Assembly (NCBI GenBank): GCA_965649825.1
Contig: OZ287694.1
Location: forward strand, 681,197-745,196
Source of the DNA: Penicillus capitatus
Taxonomy: Eukaryota; Plantae; Chlorophyta
Length of the DNA stretch: 64,000 nt
Direction: 5' to 3'
Position numbers and translations under genes: made by a program
Shown here: one piece after another, positions 34,974 to 47,825 of the stretch
How the letters are laid out: the number at the start of each line of letters is the position of its first letter
Numbering within the stretch: position 1 is the first letter of the stretch
The notes under the pieces: generated by a model
The model's input: only the letters and a program-made list of their open reading frames with translations
Told to the model about the DNA's origin: nothing
Databases searched by the model: none

Positions 34974-37900
34974 ATGCCTACACGCGCCAATTTTCGTTTC
35001 TTCGCTGTCGTTACCTTTCTGTTTGTGCGTCAAACGTGCTCAAGTGGCCATTATGACTCAAGGGAAACAGCAAAGTCTTCACAGGAGTCACAAGGTGCCC
35101 CTTTTGAATGTCCATGCGGTTTTGTTGGAATTCGCGTGTTGGTACTGGTTTCGGTTCCTTCAACAGTGTTATCTGTATGGCAGGTGGCGAGATAACTTTG
35201 CAGTTTTGGCGAACAAACATTGCGAACGCTTCCTCTGGAAACTCGACCAGTCGCGTAAGCGATCATGCTTCTTCGCATCTTTCTGTAAACGTAACGTTGG
35301 CACATGGCAGGACCAGACGGTTGTCCGTTCACTGCTTCAGCGACGCACCGACAACCGCAACAACAATGAAGGTTCGATCTGCATTGTCTGCAAAATGACA
35401 TTAGCTCCCTGTGTGCAGAGTTCAGCTGTCAGCTGACCGAGAAGGAGATCGATGATATCTTCGACGCGGGGTCCCGAAGGTGGACGGTTGACGACCAGTT
35501 CTTGAAGGAGATATCCCATGACCTGCAGAAGATCGTCAACTGCAGCAGAGAGGGAGACGTCGTCCTTCTCGACGTCACGACGACCGTCAGGCCCCCGAGG
35601 CGGATCACGCTTCCGCACGACCTGACGCTGAGATCGAGCAGAACGAAGACCGGACGCGAAGGATCGACTTCAGCCAAACGGCAGAGGAAAACGAGATTCG
35701 AGTGTCCTCCAGGATCCGGCGTCCTTCTCCTCAGGTGACTGCTCTCGCTTTTGCTGAGGGTCTGACGCCGTCGGCTCGCAGGACGCCGAACGCGCTTCTT
35801 GCAGATGTGGCGTTCGAAGGTTGCTCCTTGGAGGGGGACGACCAGGCGATCGTCGAGGTCGACGAGTGCGATGCGGAGACGTCCGACGGAGTGATCGAGC
35901 TGCGCAGCGTGGCGTTCCGTCGAAACGCGTTGAACGGAGCCAGCGCATTCTCCTCCCGTCGCTCCAACTGCTCAAGCGTGGAGATGGTCGGCGTCGAGTT
36001 CTCAGGCAACACGTGCGGAGAGGCCTGCTTCGCCAGGCTTTCCTCCGCCAGTCACCTGAGAAAGGTCGTGCTCAGCGAAAACGTGCCAGTGGACGCCCCG
36101 CGCCACACCTCTGCACTGTCGCTGTTGCATGCCGCATCAAGGTCGTCGACAACGGTTGTCGGCCTCAACTTCAGCAGGAATGAGATTCCTGGTCTGCACG
36201 TCACAAACGGAACACTGAAGTTGTCGAGTTCCTTCTTCGTGGCAAACTCGGAGGGACCGCTCGTACGGGTGGAAAGTGACAGCGAAGCAAAGATCGTGAA
36301 TTGCAGTTTTGACAAAAATGGAAATTCAAATCTACGAACAGAGACAGGTCACCAGAAAAGAACAAAACGGGATGAAGATAGCGTCCTCGTGGGTGGCCAG
36401 ACAAGTGTAATGCGAGGAAGCGCAGTTTCTTCGATCGGAGGCTCCGCCAGAGTCCGCAACTGCAAATTCACAGACAACCAAGTGCGAGGTGATGCCGGAG
36501 GATTGTTCGCTTCTGGTGGATCACTGGAGATCGACAACTGTACCTTCAAACGCAACGCGGCCACATATTCTGGAGGCGCCATCTACGTAAAGGAGACGTC
36601 CGTCGACATATCTCAGCTGACGTGTGTCAGCAACAGCGCCGATAACGGAGGCTGTCTCTACGCCGAAGACATCTGGGGGTATATCACTCACGCCGACATC
36701 AGCGATAACTCTGCCAGGAACGGAGGCGGAATGTGTATCGTCAAGTCTTCAGTCCTAGGACTTGAGAAAACAGAGGTGAATGCCAATTCTACGCAGTCTA
36801 GCGGAGATGTCGGAGCAAAACGGCGGCCGTCATTCTTGTGCGATACTTGCGTGTTCAAGAGAAACGAAGCCGAGCTTGCTGGTGGGGCAATCTACGCGAA
36901 TGTCAGTAATTTACAGAGACTTGTGCACCATTTTGACGACTGCCGCTTCGAAAACAACAGAGCACATCTGGGAGGTAATGCAAAACCTCTCCCAAATCTG
37001 TCGAGTCTGTTCCAATACAGGTGGCATCTTCCTCACAGGCAGCAACTCCACGGGGAACTGCCACATATCAAGCGACGACTGCACAACAACAGTCGTAAGT
37101 GGGAGCATTTTGAAGCACAATGTGGCAGAGATGGGCGGCGCTCTTTTTGCAAACGATCCAACGGCCGTCAACATTTCCTGCAGCCAAGAAAACACGACGA
37201 CCCATTCATCCGATCCCCTTCCACAAAGCATCCAGACTCTGACTTCGCTTGACGCAGTGTGCAGTAGCTGGACATCTAACAACGCCCGTCGTTACGGAAA
37301 CCAAGTCGCATCTTACGCAGAAAAAACAATCTGGTGCACGGAAGAGAAATCACACAACAATGAGAGTCGCTGGCAACAGATTGAAGGGTACAACCATTCT
37401 GTCTGCCGGCATCGCAGCGGCGACCCACTTCCCAGCATCCGTCTGCAGATGGTCGATGCATTCGATCAAGGACCAGCCGTGAATGCCGACGATGCGCTCG
37501 TCCGCGTGGTGATGTGGTCAGAGCCGCAAGACAACGCTCTGTTCCCCGGAAACGTGACCATGATGATGACAGACGGCACGGCAGAGTTTTCACAGATCAA
37601 TGGTCTGCAGCTTCCCGGCAACTACGTCATCCGGATAGACTACAGTGAAGCGAAACTGCCTGGACTGAAGATCGACGTCAACATCCGTTCCTGCATTATC
37701 GGCGAGGAGAAGTCAGAAGATCGCAAACTGTGTGTACAGTGCCCAGAAACGCAGTACAATTTTTTGCCGGAAGATTCGGGCTGCAAAGACTGCCCCGCTC
37801 ATGCGAATTGCAAGCAGAGAAACGTCATTCAGCCAGAGAACAACTACTGGCATGATCATCCGTGCTCCACCCACATGCAGCAATGCCTCAGTCCCGAAGC

Positions 37901-39693
37901 CTGCGTCTTCGATCGTCGAGCATCGCATCTGGCAAATCTCACAAAAGACATCGAAGACTGCAACGTCGATCTATCGATTACAGACCAGTACGCCGAAGGG
38001 CAGTGCCACAAGGTGTGTGTGCACAGGGCTTCAGTCTTTAGGTATAGGTGCTGTTGTAGGGATATGGAGGGCCACTGTGTGGTGATTGCAAGGCTGGATA
38101 CGGCCAGACCACTTCATTCAACTGCGAGCGTTGCCGGAGGGACCACGGCATTGTCTACGTCGTCCTCTCCGTGCTCGCTGTGCTAGGTCTCAGTAGTTTT
38201 GCCATCAAGAGCAGTTTGGCTCCAGTGCTGTCCGCAACGAGAAACATGGCTGTGTTGCTCCGTGCAATGCCGGCGCGGAAGAAGATACGAAAATTCACCG
38301 ATCCACTGGACCACCGGCGCGAGAAATCGGATGGCTCATCCATGGTGGTCCATGCACAAAGCATACAGTCTTTCGACATCGAACACTCCGACAGCAGCAG
38401 AGAAGAGCGTGAGAAAGAGGCCGAGCTTGCCAAGTCCAAAATCGTCGAGATCTTTAAGGTATGTCGAGCTGCGCTTCTCGTCTGCCGATCTGTGTTGCTA
38501 GATCACGATCAACTTCCTGCAAGTGGTTGCCGTGGCTGTCAACATCAATACCAACTGGACAACTTCGGCCAAATCGCTGATCTCAGCGACAGGTAGGAAC
38601 CATCCGACAGAAAGGCGGCTGAGCTGTTTGGATCGTAGATGCCGTTGGGGGTATGCTGTTGAGTACAGCATCGTTCTCTGTCGAGTGTCTGGCGCCTAGC
38701 GGCTCACTCCTTCCAAGCTGCATCGTCCGTCCGATCGTCAGCATCGCGATTCCTGTCGCCGCCGTTTTGCTCTACGGCGTTTTCTGGATGTCCATCGCCG
38801 CGATGACGTCGAAGAACTGGGAGTACGTCAAGAAGAGATCCATGCTGAGCTTCTTAGCCATTTCCTACTTGACCTACGTCTTCATGACCAAGACGGCCGT
38901 CAATATCCTCCACTGCATCCAAATCCACGAGTTTGCCAACGTCGACTGGCACAGCCGAAGCTCGCGCTGGTCGCAAGCCACCACCGTGAAATGCTATGGA
39001 CCTTTTCATGCCCCTCTGGCCATCACCCTCGGCTGGCCCGTTCTCATCGCCTTTACCATCGGCTTCCCTCTCTTCATGTCCTGGAAACTGTTGAAGAGTC
39101 GAAACGCCGAGTACTCTCGGGAGAGTTGGTTCATGGACAGCACGGCATTCTTCTATCGAGCCTATGCCGACAAGTTCATCTACTGGGAATCGCTCGTTCT
39201 TGCCAGGAAGGCGCTGTTGACGATCGTGGTTGCGATGGGACACGATCTCGGTAGCAATCTGCAAACGCTTCTGGCCGTGTGCATCTTGACAACGGCGTTA
39301 TATATACAGACAGCATCGCATCCCTTTCGTCCTGAATTCGCGTCACTGAATCAGTACGAAGAGGCGGCGTTGTTTGTGTCCAATGGCACCTTTGTTCTGG
39401 CGCTCTTCTTCAATGATGACCGATTGGGTCACGTTGTCCGAGTGCTGCTTTCGATGCTGTTTTTTGTGCTCATCTGTGGATTGTTCTGTTTTTTGATTTT
39501 TGTGTTTCTCCGAGCGACATCGGATTACATGCGCATCGTTCTGGGAATCGAAGGCGTGTCAAGAGCACATGAGCTTAGTGATCTGCGTGTATTTTTCGTC
39601 TTTCTCGATCTGAAGGCGGCGAAGAAGGTTCCCAATATGAGGCGATTCCTTCATGCTGCGGAAACGGATGTGGAAACGGATTCCAGTGCCTGA
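34974..39693 (+). CDS. Receptor-like protein B, paralog of A with a shorter beta-helix; multi-exon
   Basis: Signal MPTRANFRFFAVVTFLFVRQTCSS; a consistent GT-AG model through DQTVVRSLLQ, the beta-helix repeats, HRSGDPLP, CVQCPETQY...CKDCPAHANC, GYGGPLCGDC, ITINFLQVV and the TM domain (RAYADKFIYWESLVLARK). Confidence 0.88.
35314..36790. repeat. Near-identical inverted repeat arm 2 (partner 27210-28686)
   Basis: As for arm 1; the diverged tract is at about 36300-36412. Confidence 0.95.
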
Positions 39694-40729
39694 AAGAGCC
39701 AAATGAGCGCATCAGGCTTTTTCCTTTATGACGCATTCGCTTCGAAATTCGACAGAATAAAGATGGATGCATAGCGCCATCGTGCTTGTAACGATCCATC
39801 GGCATTTCGTTGGATGTCTCAGGCGAGACGCATTCCCGCGGGGTTATGTATTGTTCAAAATGTGCCATCTGTGTCGCAGAAACGATGGTGAACGCGGATG
39901 ATGATAAAAACAGGAGCTGACGAAAGAGAGCGGCAGTCTGGCTCACTCTTTTTAACCTATATCAACTGCGAAAGATCACTTACGTTGTGCACGGCGTTCT
40001 GCGTTTGGCGCTTATTCGGTGCAAGGGCGAGAATGATGCCTGGGTAACGGAAAAATGCGTCGTTGTGTTCTGTCTGGTAGCGCTGTCGCAAAGGGTGGCT
40101 GCTAAAAGAACAAAGCTAGGTGGAAGTGCCCTTCAGTAAAAGGGCTTCAGGTGAAGCGTTAAATGTTGTTTTGACGTTGGAGGAGGAGGAGGAGACAGCC
40201 ACAGATCAAGAAACGGGTAACGATCTCGTGGCGGAATACGCACTCAATCGACTAAAAGTGTGACGTCACTCTTTAGTCTCATCCTCGAGCAATACGACTG
40301 GTCTCTTGTAGAGGACAGAGAGGTAACGTCAAGGGAAGGGAACCAACCGTTCAATGGTTCGTTTCGCGACGCGATTCTCTTTGCCAAATGAGAATCTATA
40401 AGAGCAGCGCGAATGACAGTTGACCAGCTGTTCGAAATGGCGACCGGTTATGGTTAAGAGGTCTCGGCAACGAAGGGCCGTCTATTTGTTTGGCACATGT
40501 CGACGGTCTGTCATTCCAGAACGAGCTCCATTCATTTGGTCTCCCTAACTTCACCGTCTTATTTACTCCGTGATTGCTGAACTCGTAAACAGAAATGCTT
40601 CATCATCCGGTGACTATTCTAAAAAACAATACCCATTACTCAGCCTCCAGCATTTTGTAGGGAATCTATATACTGCTGTGTCTACTATTAGCAACTGCAG
40701 GTGATGGAATAACGGTATCTCGTCCTTAA

Positions 40730-41704
40730 GTGAGACGTGTGGATACAGACACTGCTAGGGAGACGTTTCGAAACAGAGCGAATGTCGTGCGTGAACGCGT
40801 CAGCGATGGCACGACGACATTACCGACTTCTTTGTCGACGGATGATAACAGCTATCCAAAGAGCAGATATGGTCTGAAAGCTGTCATTACTGACAGCACG
40901 CCGGAAGAGGCGTATGCGGTGTCGATAACGACCGAAGAGCGTGCCATAACAAAAGAACCTGACGTTACGCGACCGAGCGCGAGAGACTGGATGTCGTCTC
41001 AGATGATCATCAAAAGTCCGTTTGATGCGTTTCTTAAAGATAAAGCCAGTCGTTCACTCGACGAAACAAATGGCATTCCCCTCGACGATGGAAAGCGGCG
41101 AGGAAGTGTGATATTGACTTCAGTCTTGCGGTCAATCAAATCTGAGAACTCGTTGGACGAAGAGGAAAAAGACAAGCAAGAGGAACATCCTTCTGTGTCT
41201 CTTGTCGCTCAGCCTTCGGCAGCGGACAGCATTGAGGCTGTCACTTTGCGGGTGGGACCAGCAGTGGCAGAGACCCGTTCTTCCGTACCGGAGCCGGAAG
41301 CTTCGCATGACACTGTGGAGTCTTATCCAACTCCTGATCCGGAGACTGGTAGGCTGAATATGACCAGCTCCACGGGGAATATCGTGATAAGATTTGGAGC
41401 GGCGACACCGCGACCTGTGGCGGAAATGGGGTCAGTGGCCACTTTCGAAGTGATCAAAGGGAGTAAAGCTGCGCCGGATACTGCTCCCCCACTCGCGAAA
41501 CCGCCTTCTGCTAGCCCTAAACCGCCGGCGCCCTCGCTCACACTACACGCACCGCTGCCTATTAATGAGATAGGACAGCGCCCAAGTCCACCTCACTTAC
41601 CGGCTAACCACAAGAGAAGAGCCAACAAAAAGGCTAGGAGAAGGGCGAAGAGAAGAGCCAAGAGAAGAGCCAAGAAACTTGCCAACCTCGTTCCGTCACC
41701 ATAA
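40730..41704 (+). CDS. Disordered Ser/Pro/Glu-rich ORF with a basic KRRA-repeat C-terminus, function unknown
   Basis: 324-codon open frame beginning at GTG after an in-frame stop, so probably a 3' exon or a relic; 12-bp aagagaagagcc repeats at about 41620-41680. Confidence 0.4.
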   Translation: MRRVDTDTARETFRNRANVVRERVSDGTTTLPTSLSTDDNSYPKSRYGLKAVITDSTPEEAYAVSITTEERAITKEPDVTRPSARDWMSSQMIIKSPFDAFLKDKASRSLDETNGIPLDDGKRRGSVILTSVLRSIKSENSLDEEEKDKQEEHPSVSLVAQPSAADSIEAVTLRVGPAVAETRSSVPEPEASHDTVESYPTPDPETGRLNMTSSTGNIVIRFGAATPRPVAEMGSVATFEVIKGSKAAPDTAPPLAKPPSASPKPPAPSLTLHAPLPINEIGQRPSPPHLPANHKRRANKKARRRAKRRAKRRAKKLANLVPSP

Positions 41705-42158
41705 TAGCTACGGCGTCGACTTGGAAAGACGACCAGATCAGTAAGAACTCGAATAATGCATCGATGAGTTTCTGTAGCGCATCGCGCAATGGAAACGGGA
41801 GACTCGATGGTCACACTTGTCATTTTATTCACTCTATGTACAGTTGATTGCATTCGATCTCACGCGCAACCGATCATCGCGTTGTTCGATCGATACACGT
41901 CCGACGTCGTCATCGAGCGACGTTTCGCGATACCCTCTCGCGAGGCGACCAGCGCTTGAACCGCGTTATCGCTACGCGTTCCTGCCGATGCTGCATAATC
42001 TACGAAAACGAGAGCCCCTCTCGTGCTGCTCTCCTTTATATACAGCGTCCAAAAGGCAGAAGGATCTCGTGGGTCATCTCTGCTGCAAATGGCAGGCATT
42101 AAATACAAACGCACGCGGCATTTCACACAAAACGGAAGGCATCATCGAAGCATTGACG

Positions 42159-45100
42159 ATGTCCGAAGCCGAAACGCTTCAGAGTCTGGACAACGTCTTG
42201 ACACGTCTGGCGCTCACTTCCGAGTCCAACCTCCAACAGGTCCGACGTCTTTGCCGTCCACTCCCCGACGACTTCCCTTTCCTGGCAGGTTCTCTGGAAA
42301 CTCATCCCCGCTGTGATACGGCAACTCAAGTTTCCAGCCGCCGCCATTCGCAACAAAGTCCTGCAGATTCTCTCGCACGTTAACAAACGACTGGACGTAC
42401 GCGATGACGACATCACACTTCCGCTGGTCGATTTGGTCACTCTTTTGCAAGAGGCGGATCGCGAACAGCAGGCGACGATTCGTAGCTTTGCCCTTGTCTA
42501 CATCGAAAAGGCCTCAGAGAAAACGACACCCGATGCACGCCGTCATGTCTTGCCTCATCTCTTGACCAACCTCGCCGCCCGACCCATGGAGCAGCGGACA
42601 ATTCTCCTGCGCGTTGCCATGACCTGTCTCGAAGACTGTCCAGCTTCGCGTCCATCGGAGCTGATAAAGAAACAGAAAACGTCTGCGGAAGACGAAATGT
42701 TCAACTGCCTACACGACCCAGCAGACCGCACGGCGTTTGTGGAATTCGCCTCGTGGACGCTGCTCTTTCAGACAAAGCAACGTGCCACCATTTACAAAGA
42801 GCTCGTGCACAACGGCGAGTCGGTCGTTGCCCCTCCCCAAGTGCAGGACGTCCTCACGGCGGTGGCGTCTGGGATGTCGCTGGAGCGCATGAGGGCGGTC
42901 GAGGGGAAAATGCAGTGGACCGATGAGCGTCTCAGGCGTCGCAAGGTTGGGATCCTGAATTATGTACGGGAGATAGGACTTGGACGCGCAGCATTTCTGC
43001 CGTTCTTGATTGCCTCCGTCGACGGGGACGAGGAGGTGAACCGCACCGGCAAAGCGCTGCTCAAAAAGCACTTCAGAATCGAGCAAGACTCTAAAGATCT
43101 TGATCTAAATGATCCGGAATTGATCCGAGAAGTATTCCGCCTCTTTCAAGGTACCATAGCTTCGGGCCAGCTTCCAACCGAACAGAACGTCACATCCTAC
43201 TGTACACCTGCCTCGCATGCGCTCAAAGCCAGTCTATTGGGGCTGCTGAACAAGAGCACAGAAGCAGCCAACCATTACCCAGACAACATACAGGTAGGTG
43301 CCCTTACTCAAATGCCGCGGTGCCATTCACGAATGCTCTTCCTTAGGTGATCTGGAGCTGCATCTTTGGCAAACAGGTGCCGATGTCTCTCAGGCTACAG
43401 GCGATGGAGTTTTCCGTCTGGGTCGTGAAACATGCCAATGCCGAAACACTCGACGCTCTGGCAGAGCCTATGCTGAACGAACTGCTAGGCTTTATGCACG
43501 GAGACATCTCCGCGCGACAGAAGGGTTATGTCTATGATGCCATCGGCCAGCTCGCCCAAAGACTGCCCTCTGTTTTCCAAGGCAAGATCCAAATCGCAGA
43601 GGATCTCTTTGCAGCACTAGAGACCGAACCTCCCGGTGGATATCGTCTCTCCTCTCATAAGAAGTCACTCTTTTTGATGCAGGCGTGAAATCGCAGCTTC
43701 AGTCTGCCGTGGCGACCCTCTCCGGTGCATACCAGGCGACAGATCCTGCCATTCAGGAGCTTCTCATGAACAGCATCGAAAGCAGCAGCAGTGCTGTTCG
43801 ACTGACGGCAGTGACATGGAGTATGCGACTCTTCCCGTTCCGCAACCCTATGGCACGGACGATCTGCATCGTCGGAGCTGGCGACGGCCGTTCCGAAGTC
43901 CAATCCGAAGCGCAACTTGGATTGGACCCCGTCTCCTTCTCCAGAGAATCCACTTCCGGCAAAGCTGCCGCCTACCCGTCGGTCTCCGAGCTCCTACAGT
44001 TCTTGAAAGAAAACAGTCTCTGGTGGGATCGCTGTTTTCAATGAGAAAGTGTGAGATGTGATGCGTAGGGTGAAAAGACGTTTGGATCATTCGGATAACA
44101 TCTATCAAGTCCTGATCTCTTTTCTCACCACAGCCTATCTCGCAAGCAGCGATGCTGATCGACATCTGCCCCATGTCGAGTTGACGGAACTGCTGGTGCT
44201 GTTTAAGGGAGCGCTGACGATGTCTGCCTCCTCTGCTCTCATCATCGAAGCGATGGAAGCTATGGTGTCGCTGCTGATGTCGAACAGAGATGCCATGTCG
44301 CAGTGGTGTGTGGATCAGATACCGGACTTCAAGAAATGGCTCTTTCATACCAACAACGCCGTCCGGGTTCCGTCCGCTCAGCTCATCGGTATCGCCGCGG
44401 CGGCGCTCACTCCTGCAGCGATTCTGAACCACATCGAGGAGTTCCGTGGCGTCCTGTGCGCTGTTCCCAAATCGAAATTCGAAGCTCGGAGCGGTGCCAT
44501 ACAAGCACTAGGTTCAGTTTCCCCTTGTCATAGCTGAGGATCGATGTATGGGTCGGTAGGGTATGTGGCGGCTTCGAATCGGAACGAGGAAGTCACGCGG
44601 AAGCTGCTGGAAGTGACCAGGGATGCGTTTCTGATCTACTTGGACGATGCCGATCCGCACTTGGCCACCACGGCTGCGCTGGCCATCGGTCACCAACTGC
44701 TGAACCCCGCTTTCTGCGCAGCGCTTGTAAACGACGCTGGCCTCGAGACGTTTTTCGATACCGTGTGTCCCAAGCTGCAATCCTTCTGTCGTCACAGCGA
44801 TCTCCACGTGGCGTCCACGGCCGTCCTCGCCACAGGACTGATCTGCAAAGGCCTTGAGGGCGTTCCTCACATCGAACAGCGATGTCTGATGGATCTGTTG
44901 TCGCTGCAAGACCTCAAGAGCGATGAGCGTCAGTGTTCGATCGGCGAAGCGATGGCCTTGGGCTTTGCAAAGGACACCATTTCCTCCGACTGGATCCTGC
45001 TCTTCAATTACAGCTGTCTCAGAAAACTGCCCATCGATTTAGCATCGCTCGGTGCACCGAAGGCATCGGAGGATGTCCACGGAGGCGTTATCGATGCCTT

Positions 45101-47819
45101 GCTGAAAGGCATGATGCATAGTCGGACTGAAAACCGTGCTGCGTGTGTCGGTCATCTCGTTGCACTGTTCACTTACGTGCCACGTCATCCCTCTCTGCTG
45201 CAGAGACTCGAGGCAGCACAGAACGGATTTCTGGGATTGCTGGGCGACAGGAATGCACTGACTCAGGAAATGGCATCCAGAGGCGTATCTCTCGTCTACC
45301 GTCAGGGCAGTGCCGACGCCAAAGCGCAGCTTCTCTCTGGACTGACGTCTGTGCTTAAAGATCCGACCAAACGTGGGGCGCAGGTGAAAGTGGACGCCGA
45401 TACGGAGGTGTTTTCCGAAGGGGAGTTGGGAAAGGCGCCCGGAGGCGGTCAGCTGACCACGTACAAGGAGCTCTGCTCCCTCGCGACGGATATGGGTCAG
45501 CCAGATTTGCTCTACAAATTCATGGACTTGGCAAATCATCAAGCCGCCTTGCAGTCGCGTCGTGGCGCCGCCGCCGGTTTCGGTCACATCGCCGAGATGG
45601 CTGGCGAAGATTTGAAGCCGTATCTCAGCAGTCTATTGCCCAGAATCTACCGTCTGCAATTCGATCCGAACCCTTCGGTGCAGGAAACCATGCAAAACAT
45701 CTGGCAGAGTCTGCTGCCCCGTCGCAAGGATGCGATCGACGAGCATCTCGACGGGATCTTCAAAGAGCTCCTGACCGAAATCACCGGACGCCAATGGAGA
45801 AATCGTGAATCGAGCTGCCGTGCACTGTCGGAGGTGCTGCAGGGCCGAACGTGGCCACAGCTACGAGACGTCCTCTGCAGAATGTGGTCTCTAGCTTTCC
45901 GTGCGGCAGATGATATCAAAGAGAGTGTCCGCGTGGCCGGTGTCCAGTTACTTAAGACGCTCAAACGCGTAACCTTGCGTTTTGCCGATCCACAAGTCAT
46001 GTCATCCGATATCGTCTCCGAAGTCGTCGGCCAGATACTGCCCGTTCTGCTGGAGGTCGTGCATCAGCCCAAGGTACCTGAGAATGTCGCCGTTGCGTTT
46101 TTGGCGCTCAAGAGCATCGCAGCCTCATGTCCACAGCCGCTCTTGCGTCCACATCTACCCTTACTGATTCCGACGTTGCTCGAGGGGCTCTCGAATCTCG
46201 AGCCGTCGATGGTGGACGAGCTGCAGCTGATGGTCGAGGGTTTTGGTCTGGATGGGAAGAAGATCGAGGCCATACGTGTGCAGGCTGCCGGAGCATCGCC
46301 TTTGAACGATATCCTACAGCGATGTCTCAGAGCGACAGATGCGTCGGCGCTGCCAGAACTGATGCCGCCGTTGCGCGAGGTCATTCAGCGCGGCGTCGGT
46401 TTGCAGTCCCGAGTGGGCACAGCTCGTTTCGTCGCGCAGGTGGCGGCGCACGTGGGTTCCGATTTCGAGCCCTATGCATCGAAGATTCTGAAGCTCTATC
46501 TCACGAAGACGCTCTCCGGTGAGGGCTCGACGGCGCTGAAGAAAACGTATGCGGCGACCGTGGGGGCAGTGAGCAAGGTGGCCTCGTTGGATGTCGTCGG
46601 CAAGATGCTGCGCCAGTGTCTTGCGGCGACGGAGGAAAGCGTCTCCGTGGCATTGATTTTGAGGGAGCTGCATCTCCAAGCCCCACAGAAGTTTTCCACG
46701 TATGCCGCTCAGATTGTCCCCGTGGCGTTCCTGCGACGCTTTGATACGTCGTCGCCTGAGGCGGCGTCGATGTGGAGTGCCGTGCTGGAGGAAGGTATGG
46801 GCACAGAGAACGGCGCTGTGCGTCTGTACCATGCGGAATTGATCCACGGAGTGACGGAAGCGTTCCGCGAAACCCGATGGACAGCAAAGGTCGCAGCCTC
46901 GCGCGTCATTGAGCGCCTGTACGAAGTGGACAAAGAGATCGTCGCGTCGTATTCAGCCGAACTCCTGCGCCTGCTGCTGGATCAGATGCCAGGAAGAATC
47001 TGGGATGGAAAGGAGGCGCTGATGAAAGCGATCGCCAAGATCTGCAGCGAGACGCCCACGATGGTACACGAACACGCCGCCCGTGTCATCCAGACATTGA
47101 AAGAAGCTTGCGGCAAAGGAAAGAAAATCTATAGGTGGCGGCGGAACTTCTACCTGAAGACGCGAGCGATGCCTGCGTTGTAGGGAGACGGCATTGGATA
47201 GTCTAGTCGATGTTGTCGGGTGCTTTGACGCTAAGGAGGGGTTCGTTGCAGATCTGTTGCCGTTTTTTCTCAGCGCCGCCAGGGAATCGGAGGAAGAAGC
47301 GGAGAAGAAGCTGCCTTTAGGTTCGGTGATGAAAGGCATCGCGCATCTTCGGTCCGGTCTGCCATTGGAGCCTTTCGTGGCGTACGACGCCCAATGCTTC
47401 GCACTGTTCCACGAGACGTTGTCCTCGCAGCGACCGTGGCAGCTCAAACTCTCCGCGCTGGAATCGCTCGGGACCTTCCTCGCAGCTTCGCAGTTCGATC
47501 CAAGTGATCTCTCTGCGCACCTCGAGCAGCTAACAACTGGCAAGATCGCGCCGCCTGCCACAAAACCCGATACTATGTGTGCGTTCGTGCAGGTGTGTTC
47601 GTCTGCCTTGACGAGCCAAAGTACGAGCAGCTTCGACTCAAGGCACTAGAGGCATTGGACAGCATTCGGCAAACGGCCACTCGTCACGGAAACGTATCGC
47701 TTTTGGCAGACCTCGAGCAGAGACTGCGTGTATGGAGAGAGCGGGAGAAGAGCCTCGCCGTAAAGATCCGAGCCAAGACGCTGCTCGGGCAACTGAAAGA
47801 GACGACGACGTTGCATTGA
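42159..47819 (+). CDS. ECM29: Proteasome adapter and scaffold protein ECM29 (HEAT repeats); multi-exon
   Basis: N-terminal LDNVLTRLALT...IRNKVLQILSHVNKRL; TTYKELCSLATDMGQPDLLYKFMDLA; RGAAAGFGHI; LPRIYRLQFDPNPSVQETM; WRNRESSCRAL; PGRIWDGKE; GT-AG introns of about 50 nt. Confidence 0.95.
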
Positions 47820-47825
47820 CGACGA

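Noticed and set aside
45039-47561. Numerous long antisense and overlapping ORFs over ECM29 (also over CAP-D2, the kinase and the receptors, e.g. 26074-26712 and 53487-54242)
   Set aside because: They are shadow ORFs of GC-balanced coding sequence with no recognisable motifs.
42159-47819. Non-standard code (TAA/TAG = Gln) as in some ulvophytes, prompted by isolated in-frame TAR codons elsewhere
   Set aside because: Gln-rich ORFs of 879 and 899 codons contain no TAA/TAG, and conserved genes (glyoxalase, dynein light chain, TAF8) end in TAA or TAG at the expected positions.
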